Below are positions 12,960-26,172 of a stretch of 64,000 nt of DNA, piece after piece. The DNA comes from Octopus bimaculoides (Eukaryota): positions 56,563,798 to 56,627,797 of the forward strand of contig NC_068984.1 of the NCBI RefSeq assembly GCF_001194135.2, given 5' to 3'. The translations under genes were made by a program, and so were the position numbers. The notes under the pieces were generated by a model. That model saw only the letters and a list, made by a program, of their open reading frames with translations. It did not search any database and was not told the DNA's origin. The stretch's first letter is position 1. Every line of letters begins with the position of its first letter.

Positions 12960-13650
12960 TGTAAAGAAAGAAAAGAAAGGGATCTTTTTTAAAACAGGGG
13001 CCACATTTTTCATTAATGAAACACTTTGAAACTTGGAACACTGGTAGAATGTGTCATATAAAACATCTTTTTCTCTTAGTCTTCTTAAAAAAAAAAGAAA
13101 TCCCTAAGTTATTCCATGTTAAAGTTGTCGTATTTCTGTAATTTCAACCAATCACTGACGTCCATTCAGCCGATATACATTAAGTGCCGACTACATAAAC
13201 AAACGATTCTGAAACAATTCTATCGGTGATAGGGTTAGGGTTTGGGTAAAACAGCAAATTTAAAAATAAAAAAGCAAATAAAACGAAGAAAAAAAAAAGA
13301 AAATGAAAAAAGCAAATTTAAAATGAAAAAAGCAAATAAAACGAAGCTATGGAAATTAAATACGCTTTACACCGCTTAATCAGCCAAAGGAGTAAATGTA
13401 AACAACTGAATACTTGTCAGTGATTGGTTGAAATTATCGAAATAAGACAATTTTTTACATGAAATAAATTCGAATATAAAAATATTTTTCTGTTCTATAA
13501 CACAAAATAGATAAGTATACGAAGTTTGAAAGTCTTTCGGTACCAAAAACACTATGTAAAACATTAATGAAAAATGTGGCCCCCGTTTTAAAAAAGATCC
13601 GAAATTGCATCGATTTTCTTTCTTTAGAAGATTTTCTTTCTTTATAAGTA
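12960..13650. mobile_element. Non-autonomous DNA transposon/MITE with nested inverted repeats
   Basis: Outer IR GGATCTTTTTTAAAACAGGGGCCACATTTTTCATTAATG (12980-13018) vs 13562-13600. Inner IR ATTTCAACCAATCACTGAC (about 13142) vs GTCAGTGATTGGTTGAAAT (about 13416). TSD not resolved. Confidence 0.8.
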
Positions 13651-14797
13651 TGTGAATAAAAGTGAGAAAGAAAGGGTGAGAGAAATAGAGGGAGAGAGAT
13701 GGGGGAAAGAACTGGCTTTGAATAGATGTTGGCATTGTATATAATACATTTCTTTGCATATAATTAAACATTCATTTTTTTTTACTTACTGATATCTTCA
13801 AAGTCATTGTAGGAATCTTTTATTTTTATATCAAATAATAGCAACTATTTTAGGTTATATTCTACTTATTTTACCAAAAATGTTGTCTTTACACATGATT
13901 GTCTTTTTGTTTTTAAAATTATTTATATAAATCCACAAGATATTACAATAGAATGGTGTATGAGGTGGGAAAATATCTAAATTTAATTAAAATCCTGTTT
14001 CTAATATTTTTACTTTTGATCACTCTTCTGTATAAAATGTTACTTTTACATTTTTATGATATCATTCAGTGATTTTTTTTTTTACAAGAGTTATTTTAAA
14101 ACAAATAAAATGTGATGCTATGACATTTTAAACCTTTCATAATTATCATCATCATGATCAAGATTTTTACACTCACTTTTCAGTGCTAGCATGAGTTTGA
14201 TGGTTGTCACAATCTGAGTCATTTCTTATTCAGAATTACTGTCTTTCTAGTTGGGTTTCAGGACCACATTTTGCCTATGTATTCTATTTTTTGGCATGGT
14301 TTCTGTAGTTGAGTACCCTTTGTAACACCAACCACTTTACAATATGTACTGAAGTGCATTTTATTGTGAGAGCAGCATACTAGAGATTGTCGTAAAAATA
14401 TTTATTGCTCACTGCATCTCAGTGATGAGCCATTCTCATCAGGGCCAGGAAATCCTTCAGTTCAATTGCTGACTAAACTCTTGTCAGTTCCACAATAGGC
14501 TTATTGTTCTCACATCTGGAGCAGTGCTACAAATACACATACACTATAATTGTAGACTGCATCCAAAATAGCTGATTAGGAAAAACTCCCCAACCATCAC
14601 ACTACAACCTCTTGGTCACAGACATGCGACTAATTAAATACTGCCTCATCACAAGCTCACTGACACACCAATATCTTCTCTTCTCATACTAGCGACTATA
14701 CATAATCATCTCTACAACTAAATCTTTTGGAATTCCTTCTTTGTCCATTTTTACCCCCTGTCATAGACATAGTTCATAAGCTAAAAATTTACATACA

Positions 14798-14835
<38 letters not shown>

Positions 14836-14841
<6 letters not shown>

Positions 14842-14917
14842 TCAAAGGACATACTGTTATTATCATTTTTAAATTGTTACACTAGATAATAATAGTCAAT
14901 GATATCTTCGCAAATTA
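14836..14917. repeat. 82-bp internally deleted derivative of the 52.3-53.1 kb composite repeat, between two (TA)n tracts
   Basis: First 20 bp are identical to 52717-52736. The remainder resembles 52997-53060. Confidence 0.7.
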
Positions 14918-14933
14918 TATATATATATGTGTC

Positions 14934-15032
<99 letters not shown>

Positions 15033-15035
15033 ATA

Positions 15036-15409
15036 TGGCTGTGTGGTAAGAAGTTTGGTTCCCAACCACATGATTCTAAGGTCAGATCCACAGCGTGGCA
15101 TCTTGAGCAAGTGTTTACTACTGTAGCCTCAGGCTGACCAAAGTGTTGTGAGTAGATTTGGTAGACAGAAATTGAAAGAAGCTCATCATATATTGTACAT
15201 ATATGTTTATGTGTGCGTGTTTGTATGTGTCTTTGTTTGACTCCCCTCCCACTGCTTGACAACCAGCGCTCTGGCATAAGAGACTGATAGAATAAGTACC
15301 TGGCTTTAAAAGATGAGTACTTGGGCTGATCAGTTTGACTAAAATTCTTTAATGTGGTGTCCCAGCATGGCTGCAGTCTAATGACTGAAACAAGTAAAAG
15401 AATAAAAGA
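15036..15409 (+). mobile_element. CORE-type SINE (OR2-like)
   Basis: tggctgtgtggtaag head, gcatcttgagcaagtgt CORE block, internal (TA/TG)n, gactgaaacaagtaaaagaataaaaga tail. Confidence 0.85.
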
Positions 15410-15513
15410 ATATATGTATATATGATGGCAGTCCACTTGTGACAAAGGAAGACCATCATTGACCATTAAGAACATTGTGCACCCAGACAGAATTATACTT
15501 ACAATGTACACAT

Positions 15514-15900
15514 TGTTGTTGTTGGCACTCCGTCGCTTACGACGTCGAGAGTTCCAGTTGATCCGATCAACAGAACAGCCTTCTCATGAAATTAACGTGC
15601 AAGTGGCTGAGCACTCCACAGACACGTATACCCTTAACGTAGTTCTCGAAGATATTCAGCGTGACACAGTGTGACAAGGCTGACCCTTTGAATTACAGGT
15701 ACAACAGAAACAGGAAGTAAGAGTGAGAGAAAGTTGTGGTGAAAGAGTACAGCAGGGTTCGCCACCATCCCCTGCCGGAGCCTCGTAGAGCTTTTAGGTG
15801 TTTTCGCTCAATAAACACTCACAATGCCCGGTCTTAGAATCGAAACCGCGATCCTATGACCGCGAGTCCGCTGCCCTAACCACTGGGCCATTGCGCCTCC
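15514..15900 (-). mobile_element. Young full-length SINE, same family as 9015-9409, opposite orientation
   Basis: Near-identical reverse complement of 9015-9409. TSD CAATGTACACAT at 15502-15513 and 15905-15916. Confidence 0.95.
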
Positions 15901-16394
15901 ACTTCAATGTACACATATACACATCAAGAAATATTTGTGTGTGTAAATTGTTTTCCTAGTTTTAGTTATTGGCCTGCAACTTTGCTGTATCAACACCTTG
16001 AAGGATTCTTAGTCGATCATAATCATGCCGGTACTTATTTCAATCTGGTGCTATTAACCATTTAGGGACTTAAAGGGAAATGACATAAACAATGAACAAT
16101 GCTGGTTTTCAAACCAATGCAACACAAACACACACACATGTATCACATCCCCACCCTCACACATATAGATGAGAGCTGATACTAACATCAAATCAAATAT
16201 GCAACCAAGAAATCAGCATTTTGTATCTTGTCACCAACACTGCCTTGTGTCCATAGATAAAACATGGAATTCAACTCATAATTACTCAATTCTACATATA
16301 TACATAATTAAAACATCAAGTGAATTGCATGTGACAACTTATTGAACTTTATCTCTGAACCACATCTCTAATTCATTCCAATCCATGTCTGGAA

Positions 16395-16632
16395 ATAGGA
16401 TAAGGTCCTTCCTGAGACATACAGACTCATAGGGCCAGTTTCGTGGTGTATTTATTCCCCACTGGATGAGATGCCAGTCCATCACAGGATGACTCATTAT
16501 TACCAGCTGAGTGGACTGGAGCAATGTAAAATGAAGTGTTTTGCTCAAAAACACATTTTGCTCGGTCCAGGAATTGAAACCACAATCTTATGACCATGAA
16601 TCCAACACCCTTAACCATTAAGCCACATGCTT
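16395..16632 (-). mobile_element. tRNA-derived SINE (third family), decayed
   Basis: Minus strand ggcttaatggttaagg (A box) ... gtggtttcaattcc (B box) ... cctgtgatggactggcatc. Confidence 0.7.
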
Positions 16633-16850
16633 CCACCATGTCTGGAAATGCTTGAAGCTCACTGGAGAAGCTCTTGGCACCAACTCATCTCTGACTTGAA
16701 GATAGTCAAGATCAACACCCTGAATGAGAAAAGAGCTCAACATAAAGTCAGGTCCAATTTACAATTAAATGATGGAGTCTACTACTCCAGTATCAGTGGC
16801 TGGATCTGTAAATCCCAGATCGGCCTGAATTCCCACATGAAATGACAGCA
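16627..16850 (+). mobile_element. RTE (BovB-like) LINE ORF C-terminal remnant
   Basis: WRSS.HQLISD....I.TL.EKR...K......ICKSQIGLNSHMK resembles the RTE terminal C2H2-type motif C.R.C.SRIGL.SH. Confidence 0.7.
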
Positions 16851-16923
16851 AAACATTGAACTAAGAATACTGCACAACTGTGTCTTGCTGAACTTTTATT
16901 CATTGAAGTGATGAGAGTCCAGC

Positions 16924-16984
<61 letters not shown>
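16924..16984. repeat. (AGT)n microsatellite
   Basis: Direct reading. Explains the poly-Tyr ORF. Confidence 0.95.
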
Positions 16985-17179
16985 ATATAAATACACAAAT
17001 GCATATCCTTTGTTGTAGTTGCGATATCTGAACCTTTACTTCTAATTTTTAGGAGTTTTTAATGTTTTTGATTTCAGTTATAAAATGGTATAGTGGACAA
17101 AAGTATTGAATCATTATGTTAGTAATTTGGTGCGGAGTTCAAACCCACCCAAATCACAGACATATCTTTTATGATTTAT

Positions 17180-17389
17180 CCTTTACTTGTTTCAGTCATT
17201 TGACTATGGCCATGCTGGGGTACTGCATTGAAGGGTTTTAGTTGAACAGCTTAACCCCAGGACTTATTTTTTTAAAGTCTGATACTTATTCTATTGGTCT
17301 CTTTTTGCCGAACCATTAAGTTACAGGAATGTAAACACACCAATATGGTTGTCAAGTGGTGGTGGGGGACAAACACAGACACAGAGACA

Positions 17390-17420
<31 letters not shown>

Positions 17421-17581
17421 GACAGGCTTCCTTCAGTTTTTGTCTATCAAATCCACTCACAAAGCTTTGGTTGGACCAAGGCTATAGTAAAAGACACTTG
17501 CCAATGGTGCCATGCTGTGGGACTGAATCCAGACCCATGTGGTTGAGAGGCAAACTGCTTGCCATGCAGTAATGCCTGTGC
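17180..17581 (-). mobile_element. CORE-type SINE (OR2-like)
   Basis: Full-length match to the family with internal (TA)n. Confidence 0.85.
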
Positions 17582-18399
17582 TTATATATGTATATATATG
17601 TGATGCACGAGGCCCAGTTATCATGTTTTTATTCTCTCTTATATGGTTTGATTCGAGGGAGCATTTGGCCGCTGTTTCTGTAGAGCAAGAATGGATAACC
17701 TTTTTTGTGAAACAGGCTGCATAAAACATGGCTTATCATCAGGTGTGCCATAATGCTAAAAGCAGTCTAGATAATCTTTTGTCAGCATGCTATTCAGCAA
17801 GTCCCACAAGCTGCAGTTTATCCATGACTGCTGTAGAGACTTCTTTTTTGGCTCTAGCTGGTTTAGTGTGTAGCTAGATGATCTCTGAAAACACAATTTT
17901 TTTATTTTCTAGAGGATTAACTTCTCAATCTTTACAAAAAAACTCTCTGTACTGAAAAGTTTGTTAGAATGCAGAGTATTCCAATCTCTCTTAGAGAAGC
18001 TAAACATGTACTCACTAAAAGGTCGCACAGCCATTTTTATCAAAAATTCATTGTGTAGTTCATTAATATATGTTACCAATATTTTTGCAAGTTAAGACAG
18101 ACAAATTCAGATCTATTGGTGTTTGTGTAGAGTATAAACAGTTATAAACTACTATTCTCTCTGTTGTTGAGAAAATGAATAATTGACCTCTGAGGAAGAA
18201 GACACTGGAAGTAGTTGGGCCATTCTCATTTTCCTGGTCAGAGAGGGAAAAAAATACATATAGTTTAGCCACAATATCTACTTCTCACTGCAAGGCTAAA
18301 CTTTTTTTTACTTACTAAGAATACACACTAATAAACCTACTTTACAATTCTGTTTATCCTTCCCAGTTACCAAAAAAAAAGAAAAAAAATTATGTGTGG

Positions 18400-18640
18400 C
18401 GCATCTATTAATCAATTCCAACATAAACTCCCTTACTTACACAACGACAGCCGAAGCCAAAACGATAAATAAGAAATTTGAGATTTTGAAAATATCCTCC
18501 TACTTTTACAAGTCCAATTAAAATATACACACAAGTTTAAGAAAACAGTGAAATGTTTTCGTCTTGTAAGATGTTACGTATCTCGTGCATATTGCCTGCA
18601 CCAAATTAAATGCATTTAATGCACTCGTTAAAGAAGGTAC
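18400..18640 (-). promoter_or_regulatory. Candidate promoter / non-coding first exon (CpG cluster ending in a GTAAGT donor)
   Basis: About 8 CpGs in about 240 bp with no recognisable repeat, in CpG-poor surroundings. Minus-strand donor TGT|GTAAGT after 18441. Confidence 0.3.
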
Positions 18641-19310
18641 ATGATTAATTGGAAAGTATCTTTATGGAAATTTCCACTTGCACTGAATAACTGGCTATTA
18701 ATGGTAAAAAATGTTCAGCACATGTCAGTGTCCTGATATTCATCTTTTTCAAGTTTGCAGTTAACTACTCCTCCCACCTGTATCTCTATTAATGTTTATG
18801 GTTTGGGAATGGGATTTGGTAATTCATTGATAAATATACTAGCAAAATATAAAATATACACAAGGAAGTTTCTTTTTAACTTCTTTCCTTAGCATCCTGT
18901 TTTCTGTTAGAACCAGCCCCCAAAGGGTGTTGATAGTTCATTTCAGTGTTTCGTATTGCTATTAAAAATAAGATAAATATATTTTAACTGTGTGAAAAAA
19001 GTATATATCATCCTAATGCTTTGTTAGATTTACTCCTGTTTTGAAAAATGGTATAAGTTTGTGTATTTCCCAAGTATAAAGTACACAAGCTCCTATATAT
19101 GTAGATGTATGAAATATAATTTGCAACATGACAGAAGCTACTACTGAAATGATTTCTTCAACTATTGTTTTGACATATGTATTTGGTCTTTTTACTCTAC
19201 TTAAAATTTTCTCCTACTTCATTTTGTAACTGTCACTTCTTTAGCTCTGAGTTTCAGTTGTCAGAAGAATTCATGGCTAATTTCTGAAGAGATTCAAATA
19301 AAGTGACGTA

Positions 19311-19536
19311 TTTAGTATTTAAACTGGCCATATCCAGATCAAATATTCTACCTGTTTTATGTTTAAACTGACCAGATCTGGCCTTTCACACCTACCCTAC
19401 AATGTCGTTCTAAAACTAAATAGTCATGTCATCATCAAAATCTTGAAGTTACATGATAATGCATGATTAATTCAATTCAAAATAATGTGAATAAATAATC
19501 ATTACATTTGACAGAGTAATCTGAATGCTAAATGGT
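19311..19536. mobile_element. piggyBac-type non-autonomous element, decayed (family of 48925-49114, reverse orientation)
   Basis: Reverse-complement similarity to 48925-49114, including the ...gaatgctaaatggtt end. Confidence 0.55.
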
Positions 19537-20544
19537 TCAGTTATGAAAAAAGTTAAGAAGTGATGTAGTGAATGATGTATGCAAAAAATTCTTAGTTAAT
19601 TGAAATTTCCCTTAGTTGGAGAAAAATACAAAACTTAGTAGTAACAATTTGTAACTCTAAAAGAAAGGGGGAAATAAATTCATGAAATTTACATGCTTAG
19701 GAGAAAATCTGATCTTCACTTGAAGGCAAAGGAACAAATAAGGACTTTAGTCTTATTGGGCTTCACTGGCATCACATAGTCTACTCAAGCCTACTTTGAT
19801 CAGTTGAAAGAAATTTTTCCATATAATGAATTATGAAGTTTTTGCACATAGGATAGACATATCGTTGAGAACAATGGGCTTCATTGGTGCTACTGTGATA
19901 TCTCTATTCTAGCCTTTGATGAAGTAGAAGAGGTTATAAGGGTCAAGTGGTGAAGACATTATTTTGGCCTAGCTAAAGGCAATCTGGCAAATATAAAACT
20001 ACTGTCAGAGAAAAACCATTGTTCCACCATGAGAAAAGTTGTGTTAATTTAAATTTGGCTATGGTGGATCGAATCCACTTCATGCTTGCAAGATTCACTA
20101 CAAGGTGATACACTGAATGATCTAAGTAAAAAATACTCAAGTTAACAGATCCTTACTATTAGGAGTTAGTTCTGTTTTTGCAATTATTATCAGTCTGGTT
20201 TTTGACATATGTTGTTAAATTATGGCTAAGATGTTTTATTTGTTTATGAACCCAAAGTAGAAACATTCTAATTTTGTGTGTGTATTCCAGAACAAGAACA
20301 TAGATTTTTATAAATGACCGTTTTTTTTTAAACAGCCCAAATTAAATTTGCAGAAAAGAATTGTTAATGAATAAGAATCTAAATTTTAAAAATAGATATG
20401 TAAATAACTTCTGAATATTGAACCTCTCCTTGTCTCAATAGCTTTAAGTAAAAATGAAAATGGAGACTCTTATCTGTATTTGATTTATACAGCAAAGTTA
20501 TAGTCATCATCTATCAACGTGTATCAAGCATGACAATGGAAATA

Positions 20545-20668
20545 TCATGTATCTTCTAAATAACCTGTTGTGAGCTGTGTTTTTGTTAGCTGGTCTGTGG
20601 TGATGACTGGTTGAGTTGATGAATGGAAATGTGTTTCTTGGGCTGCATGAAGAAGAAACTGACAACAC
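20545..20668 (-). CDS. Candidate terminal coding exon of an unidentified minus-strand gene
   Basis: Acceptor ttttctgttaattgttcgcag. Phase-2 frame (M)CCQFLLHAAQETHFHSSTQPVITTDQLTKTQLTTGYLEDT*. Minus-strand AATAAA at 20240-20235. No homology recognised, and the other two frames are also open. Confidence 0.25.
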
Positions 20669-22854
20669 CTGCGAACAATTAACAGAAAAGTTTATTATTA
20701 TACATTGAGTTTGGTCTTTTACAAATAATAACAATAATTACAAAGTAGGAGAGACATACTGCTTGGAGTTTACAACAAGCATACTGATATAGGAATCTGT
20801 GGCTGGCCCACTATAGCTGGAAATAATTGCACTATATTCATGGCGACAGAGATTCCCGTCGACTATCTGCCATCTTTCTTAACTGTCTGGTTGTGACGAG
20901 AATGGAGACACAATGTACAGCTGCCTCAACATTCTGCAAGGCAAGAGGTGATATGTGTGAATGAGTTGGCTGGTCTCAACGCTCTACAAAGAGTTTAGGC
21001 ACCAAAAGTTGTTTTTTATAGGGTACAAAGAGAAAATTCTAGAAGATTGACTCATGCAATGGCTTGACACAGATTAGTTGCTTAATAGACTAATCGTGTG
21101 AAACTATTGTGGTTTGATCATGATGCATGATCAGTTACCTAATGGTTAGGTTTCAAATCACCACTACAAACTTTGATGTGGTATTGTTTAGTTATTATAT
21201 CTTTGAAAGCTAATAATGCCTGGAGTCACTGCCCTTCGCAGGAATATTGTGGCTGTTGGGGTTTACACTTTCATCCACCTTTAACTGCAAGTAGCTCTAA
21301 GAAGATTCATTTGAGTCTTTGCTGTTGTCTCTTGCATGTAGAAGTTTAAATGCACAGGTCTCTGATATCCAAGTGTCAGCAGAAGGGCACTCAGGAGCCA
21401 TGACCTGGATGCAGCCTGGCCCCTTTACAGTGTAAGAGGTTAAGGGCCAAAACACTTGCCTGCGGTAGGTTTCTTCTCTGAAGATCTGCTGTTCAGCTCT
21501 CTTGAAAGTTTTATACCACTTAATGAGTCAATGAGTGAGCATATACATGTTTCTATAATTCATAACAAATAGCAACCAAATCCCCTTTAAACCATACCCT
21601 ATGCTCTTAAAAAGGCTAAGACATATTGAATGAGGTAGTCTTAGTATATTATACCTTAAAACATGACAGATGGTCTTGGCTGCAATGTTTTTGATCTCAG
21701 ACCTTAATCAGTATTGACTTGGAATTAAAAACACAACAATTAATATATTTGTATACTAGATTTGTATGTATTGACTATATTATACATATTGTGCATATCC
21801 AGGGTTTAGAACAGGTTACCATGTCCCTACATATCATAGGAGATAACTATAACTAAAAGTTTGGTAACAGGAAGGGCATCCAGCCATAAAATATCATTCA
21901 ACCTATGCCAGCATGAAAAAGTAGATTTAAGATATGGACAATGATCTGTCTATTCTACATTTCTGCACTATTTATATTTAAAAAGATAATTATACAAACC
22001 TACAAAGAAGCCTGTATGTGATTGTTTTATAAGCCATAAAGTACAGTTAATTTCTCTCAAATCACACACCACAGTCTTAAAAAGAAGCAGATGTGAGGAA
22101 AGGGAATGGTCATGGCTGGAAAACCTCATTCATAGGACTGCTTGATTAAGGCTGACCTGGGGCTATATTTGAACAACAAATATACAAGTATATGTTACAC
22201 ATGATATACAAGGGACACTATGGGAGACACATAGCCATAGATACTTTGTATGCTATTATATTATATTATATATATGTATGTATTTGTGTGAGTATATGTG
22301 TGTAAAACAGCAGCAAGTAAAGAAACTTGGATAACTATTAGTGATGTTTCTTTATTAAGTTTCTTGCTTGTCATATATAACTGTGTGTCTGTATGTGGGT
22401 ATGCATAGATGGCTGTCTATTTAAGAAGTTCACTTACCAACAAGATGGTTTTTGTTTCAGTCTCACTGCATGGTACTGTGGGCATGTGTTTCTATAAGTT
22501 CCTGACTGACCAAAGTCTTGTTAATGGATTTGATAGATGGACACTGACTTGATGGCTTGTCATGTATATGTGTGTCCTTGTTTTGACATAACCAGATAGT
22601 CAAATAGTCATAGCCTGATAGTCATAACCTGATACAAATGGTGTTGAATGTTACTAATCTTTTGTGAAATCATTTCTGGCCTTGGAGAAATATTACCTTA
22701 CTTGGACACCAGTAAGGGTTTCTGACAGGAAGAGCTTCTGGCTGTTAAAAATCTGTCTTAAAGAATTTCATTTGATCCATACAAGCATGGGAAAAGTGGA
22801 GGTAACATGGTTTTATATATATATATATATATATATACATATATATTTATAAGA

Positions 22855-23040
22855 TGCCATGTAAAAACATTGGTGTGGGTGCTGGTGCCGCATAAAAAGC
22901 ATCCACTATACTCTGTAGAGTGACTAACATTAGAAAGGGCATCCAGCCATAGAAACCAAGCCAACCTGGTGCAGTCCCTGGCCTGACCAGTTTCTATGAA
23001 GCATGGAAAATGGACGCTAAATTTTGATGATGATGACGAT
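22855..23040 (+). mobile_element. Older RTE-3'-tail-type fragment with (GAT)n tail
   Basis: gaaagggcatccagccatagaaacc...gcatggaaaatggacgctaa...gatgatgatg. Confidence 0.75.
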
Positions 23041-23058
23041 GATTACGATGATGGTGAT

Positions 23059-23251
23059 GGCTTTCGTGCCAGTGGCACGTAAAAGCACCCACTACACTTT
23101 CGGAGTGGTTTGCATTAGGAAGGGCATCCAGCTGTAGAAACTCTGCCAAATCAGATTGGAGCCTGGTGTAGCCATCTGGTTCACCAGTCCTCAGTCAAAT
23201 TGTTCAACCCATGCTAGCATGGAAGGCAGACGTTAAACGATGATGATGATG
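23059..23251 (+). mobile_element. Young 5'-truncated RTE 3'UTR copy with (GAT)n tail
   Basis: Near-identical to the reverse complement of 51019-51200. Confidence 0.9.
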
Positions 23252-23711
23252 AGCTGAACGTTGCACATTAGTTTTGAAATATATGGTACATGTTTTATAA
23301 ATTGGTGCTGAAATTAACCTTATTTTGATATTTAATGTATAACTGCTTAGTTGGAAAATAGAATTGTATAGAGAATATCTTTCTCAAAGATGCTGTCTAC
23401 TTAAAATAAAATAGTTAAATTAGAGTTAATATATTTAATACTAAGAGGATTAGAAAGCTAACTCAAAATCAATGTGTGATGAAGTGAAAAAAGAAATAAT
23501 GATTAGTCATTCTCAGAGTTATTTTAATTACTTTGGCAAATACAAATAACAACTCCAGAAATGTTTTAGTTTTCTTATGACTATCAGCAAAACATAGACT
23601 TCACTGTACTTACTGAAGTGGTGATAAGAGACCAGGCAAATATAGAAGAAAACTCATTGGTTAGCGTAGTAAAATTTCTTTAAGACTAAATTACTCAGAG
23701 TAGCTACTCAC

Positions 23712-23741
23712 ATGGAAAACAATAGTTGTTCCCTATACTTG
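23712..23741 (-). CDS. Candidate 30-nt exon
   Basis: tattttaattattttag|CAAGTATAGGGAACAACTATTGTTTTCCAT|gtgagt. Open in phase 2 (KYREQLLFS) and phase 1. Confidence 0.2.
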
Positions 23742-26045
23742 CTAAAATAATTAAAATAATATTAATGTCTAATTATGTCTATTTTCTCCTCTTCATTTAA
23801 TTATTTCTAGTTAAGTTTTTAATTTATTATTTCCTGCATTAAATATGTTAACATTAACTATTGTTGTTCATGCAGTTATTGCAAACTACTCTATTTTCTA
23901 TAAACACCAGTGTAGATTTTTCTCTATTGATTCTCTCATCACTATTTTGGTAACTATGGTGAATCTATGCTTCATTAATGAGGTCATAATAGGGCAGAAA
24001 CATGTCCAGATCTATCTCTTATACTTAATTATTTGTCAATGAATCATATTTTTGTTTTTCTTACTACATCAGCATTTTTGCTAGTGTTTTGATGCTTTCT
24101 GCTTTAAATACATTAACACTAACTTAACCACAGCTTTAAACATCACATTATTTAAGTAGAAGAGAAAAATTAATATTTCAAATCAAATTTTTTTTTATAA
24201 TAGATTTGTTAGAAAGATTACCATTCTCTCTCCACATTACAATTTTTCACTTTAGCTGACTATATTTTACCAACATTCTCAACTCCAATCCTACCCTACT
24301 CCTCTGTATCCCCTTTCTCTTGCACTTCATCTTTGGTAAAATTGATGACAGTACATATATAATATGTTTTTTGTTTTTTTCTTTTTACATTTGAATTAAA
24401 GTTCAGTAATTCTTTAAAAGATACTGTTACACTTCAGAGCCAGCAATCTGCTGTTGTAGATAACAACCTTTCTAAATATATTTTTACTTAATATCTACTT
24501 AGTACTACAAGCTATTTTACTGCAGATAAGTTTTTGCTGCAAGTCTAGAAAGTCTGTCTGGAAGATGTTAATGAGGTTGTTGATGAGGATGATGGTGACA
24601 TAGCAAGCTTTGTTGGTGGTAATTTGCATTCACATAATTTTTCTTACATTTTAAGATAATCAATTAGTGACATTAAGAAGTTTAAAAATATGTAAAACGA
24701 CAGAGGTTTATAAAGCATGTAAATTAATGTCCTAAAGGGACATTTGAAAGGAAGTTGAAAACAATCTAAGTAATTACTGTTGAGGACTAGATATTTATTT
24801 TTGATTTGGAATTTAGGAAACACTATGAGTTAGTACTGAGGTAAGCATGTTGGAATACAAATTCAGAGTTTTCAGTTTTTTTATCAGCTGACTTTCTTCA
24901 GTTACCAAATTCAGGGTTCCCTACATTCTATCAAATTTATTCTTTTAACTACTTTTGAATAAATATTATGCACTTGTTTTGGGCAAGACACTAAACTGCA
25001 TCTAGTAGTGAGGATCCAGCTTATGAGTTCAGAAGTTTGGAAGAGAAACAAGTTAACCTTTAGTCTTCACTTCTTCCAGTTCTGCTCTTCCTGGGGTGAT
25101 AGTAGCACTTATCAAGGACCCACTTGTTGGTTAGGTAACAGATAATACCCCTGTGGTTAAAGCATGCAAGACTTGGAGGATACCAAGACATATATCACAC
25201 AGGTTCACAGATGTGTCAATATATCCTCATGTTGTATGAACCAGTTCCCCTACCTAATATTACAGATATTTAGAGTCAATTGATATAAACTGCCAAATTA
25301 ATAACATTTTTGGTTTAGCAGTTGAGTGGTAGAAAGCTTTCAGCTTTATTTTAAACTCAAACTGCTTCAGAGTGTTGATAATGCATCAAAAATATCTTAA
25401 TCACATGAAAGACACTCTGAAGCTAATTGTATTGAAATTTAAGAATTAAAATCTGTGACTAAATTACTACATAAGCTCGGGAGTGCTTCAGTGGGGTCCA
25501 CTCTATCACATTCATTGAGACTAGATCTGAGACTAACTTAATATCTTGATGTGCTGCTTTCCATTGCATTTTATTTTATGTTGAAAGGACATTGGTGTAT
25601 AAAATGAATCGAACTCAGCTGTAAATGTGGTTCACCATGAATTTAACATCTAAACTATAGCACTTAATGTGGCAAAGAAATCAATATAGTTAAGATTACA
25701 TGAGTGACTGATTAATTTTTAAGTTTGTCAACTTAAAGCTCATTATTACAATGTTCACAAGAAGCTTCATGTAGCCTGCAATACATATGCTTTTCTCTGA
25801 TATAACTTTCAACTAGATTAAAGAAACCTCTCTAGCAAAGAAGAGCAATATTCTTGTCAAGAGTCTGTACTTATAGAATCCAGTTGTGAAGATTGGATTA
25901 AAAATAATCTTTGGCAACAACATTTGAGATGCTGAATGTCTGACTCTGCTCCCCCTCTCTCCTACATAATAATGCAGTTACAGAACAAATATTTTTATCA
26001 TAGCTACATTTATTTTACGCTCTGACAGACTTTAATAACACGCAT

Positions 26046-26172
<127 letters not shown>

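Noticed and set aside
14877-15511. Long ORFs rich in IYIY/HTHT/VCVC (also 2362, 16793, 35127-35464, 35837, 38128, 58474-58863)
   Set aside because: Translations of microsatellites and SINE bodies, with no protein-like composition.
17760-17860. Minus-frame AVMDKLQLVGLAE*HADKRLS, superficially like an ABC-ATPase segment
   Set aside because: Contains a stop, lacks the LSGGQ/Walker motifs, and adjoins repeat-derived sequence.
23608-23677. Open 64-70-nt minus exon candidate (NFTTLTNEFSSIFAWSLITTS) with GTAAGT donor
   Set aside because: Weak AAG acceptor only 34 nt from the donor of the 23712-23741 candidate, too short for an intron.
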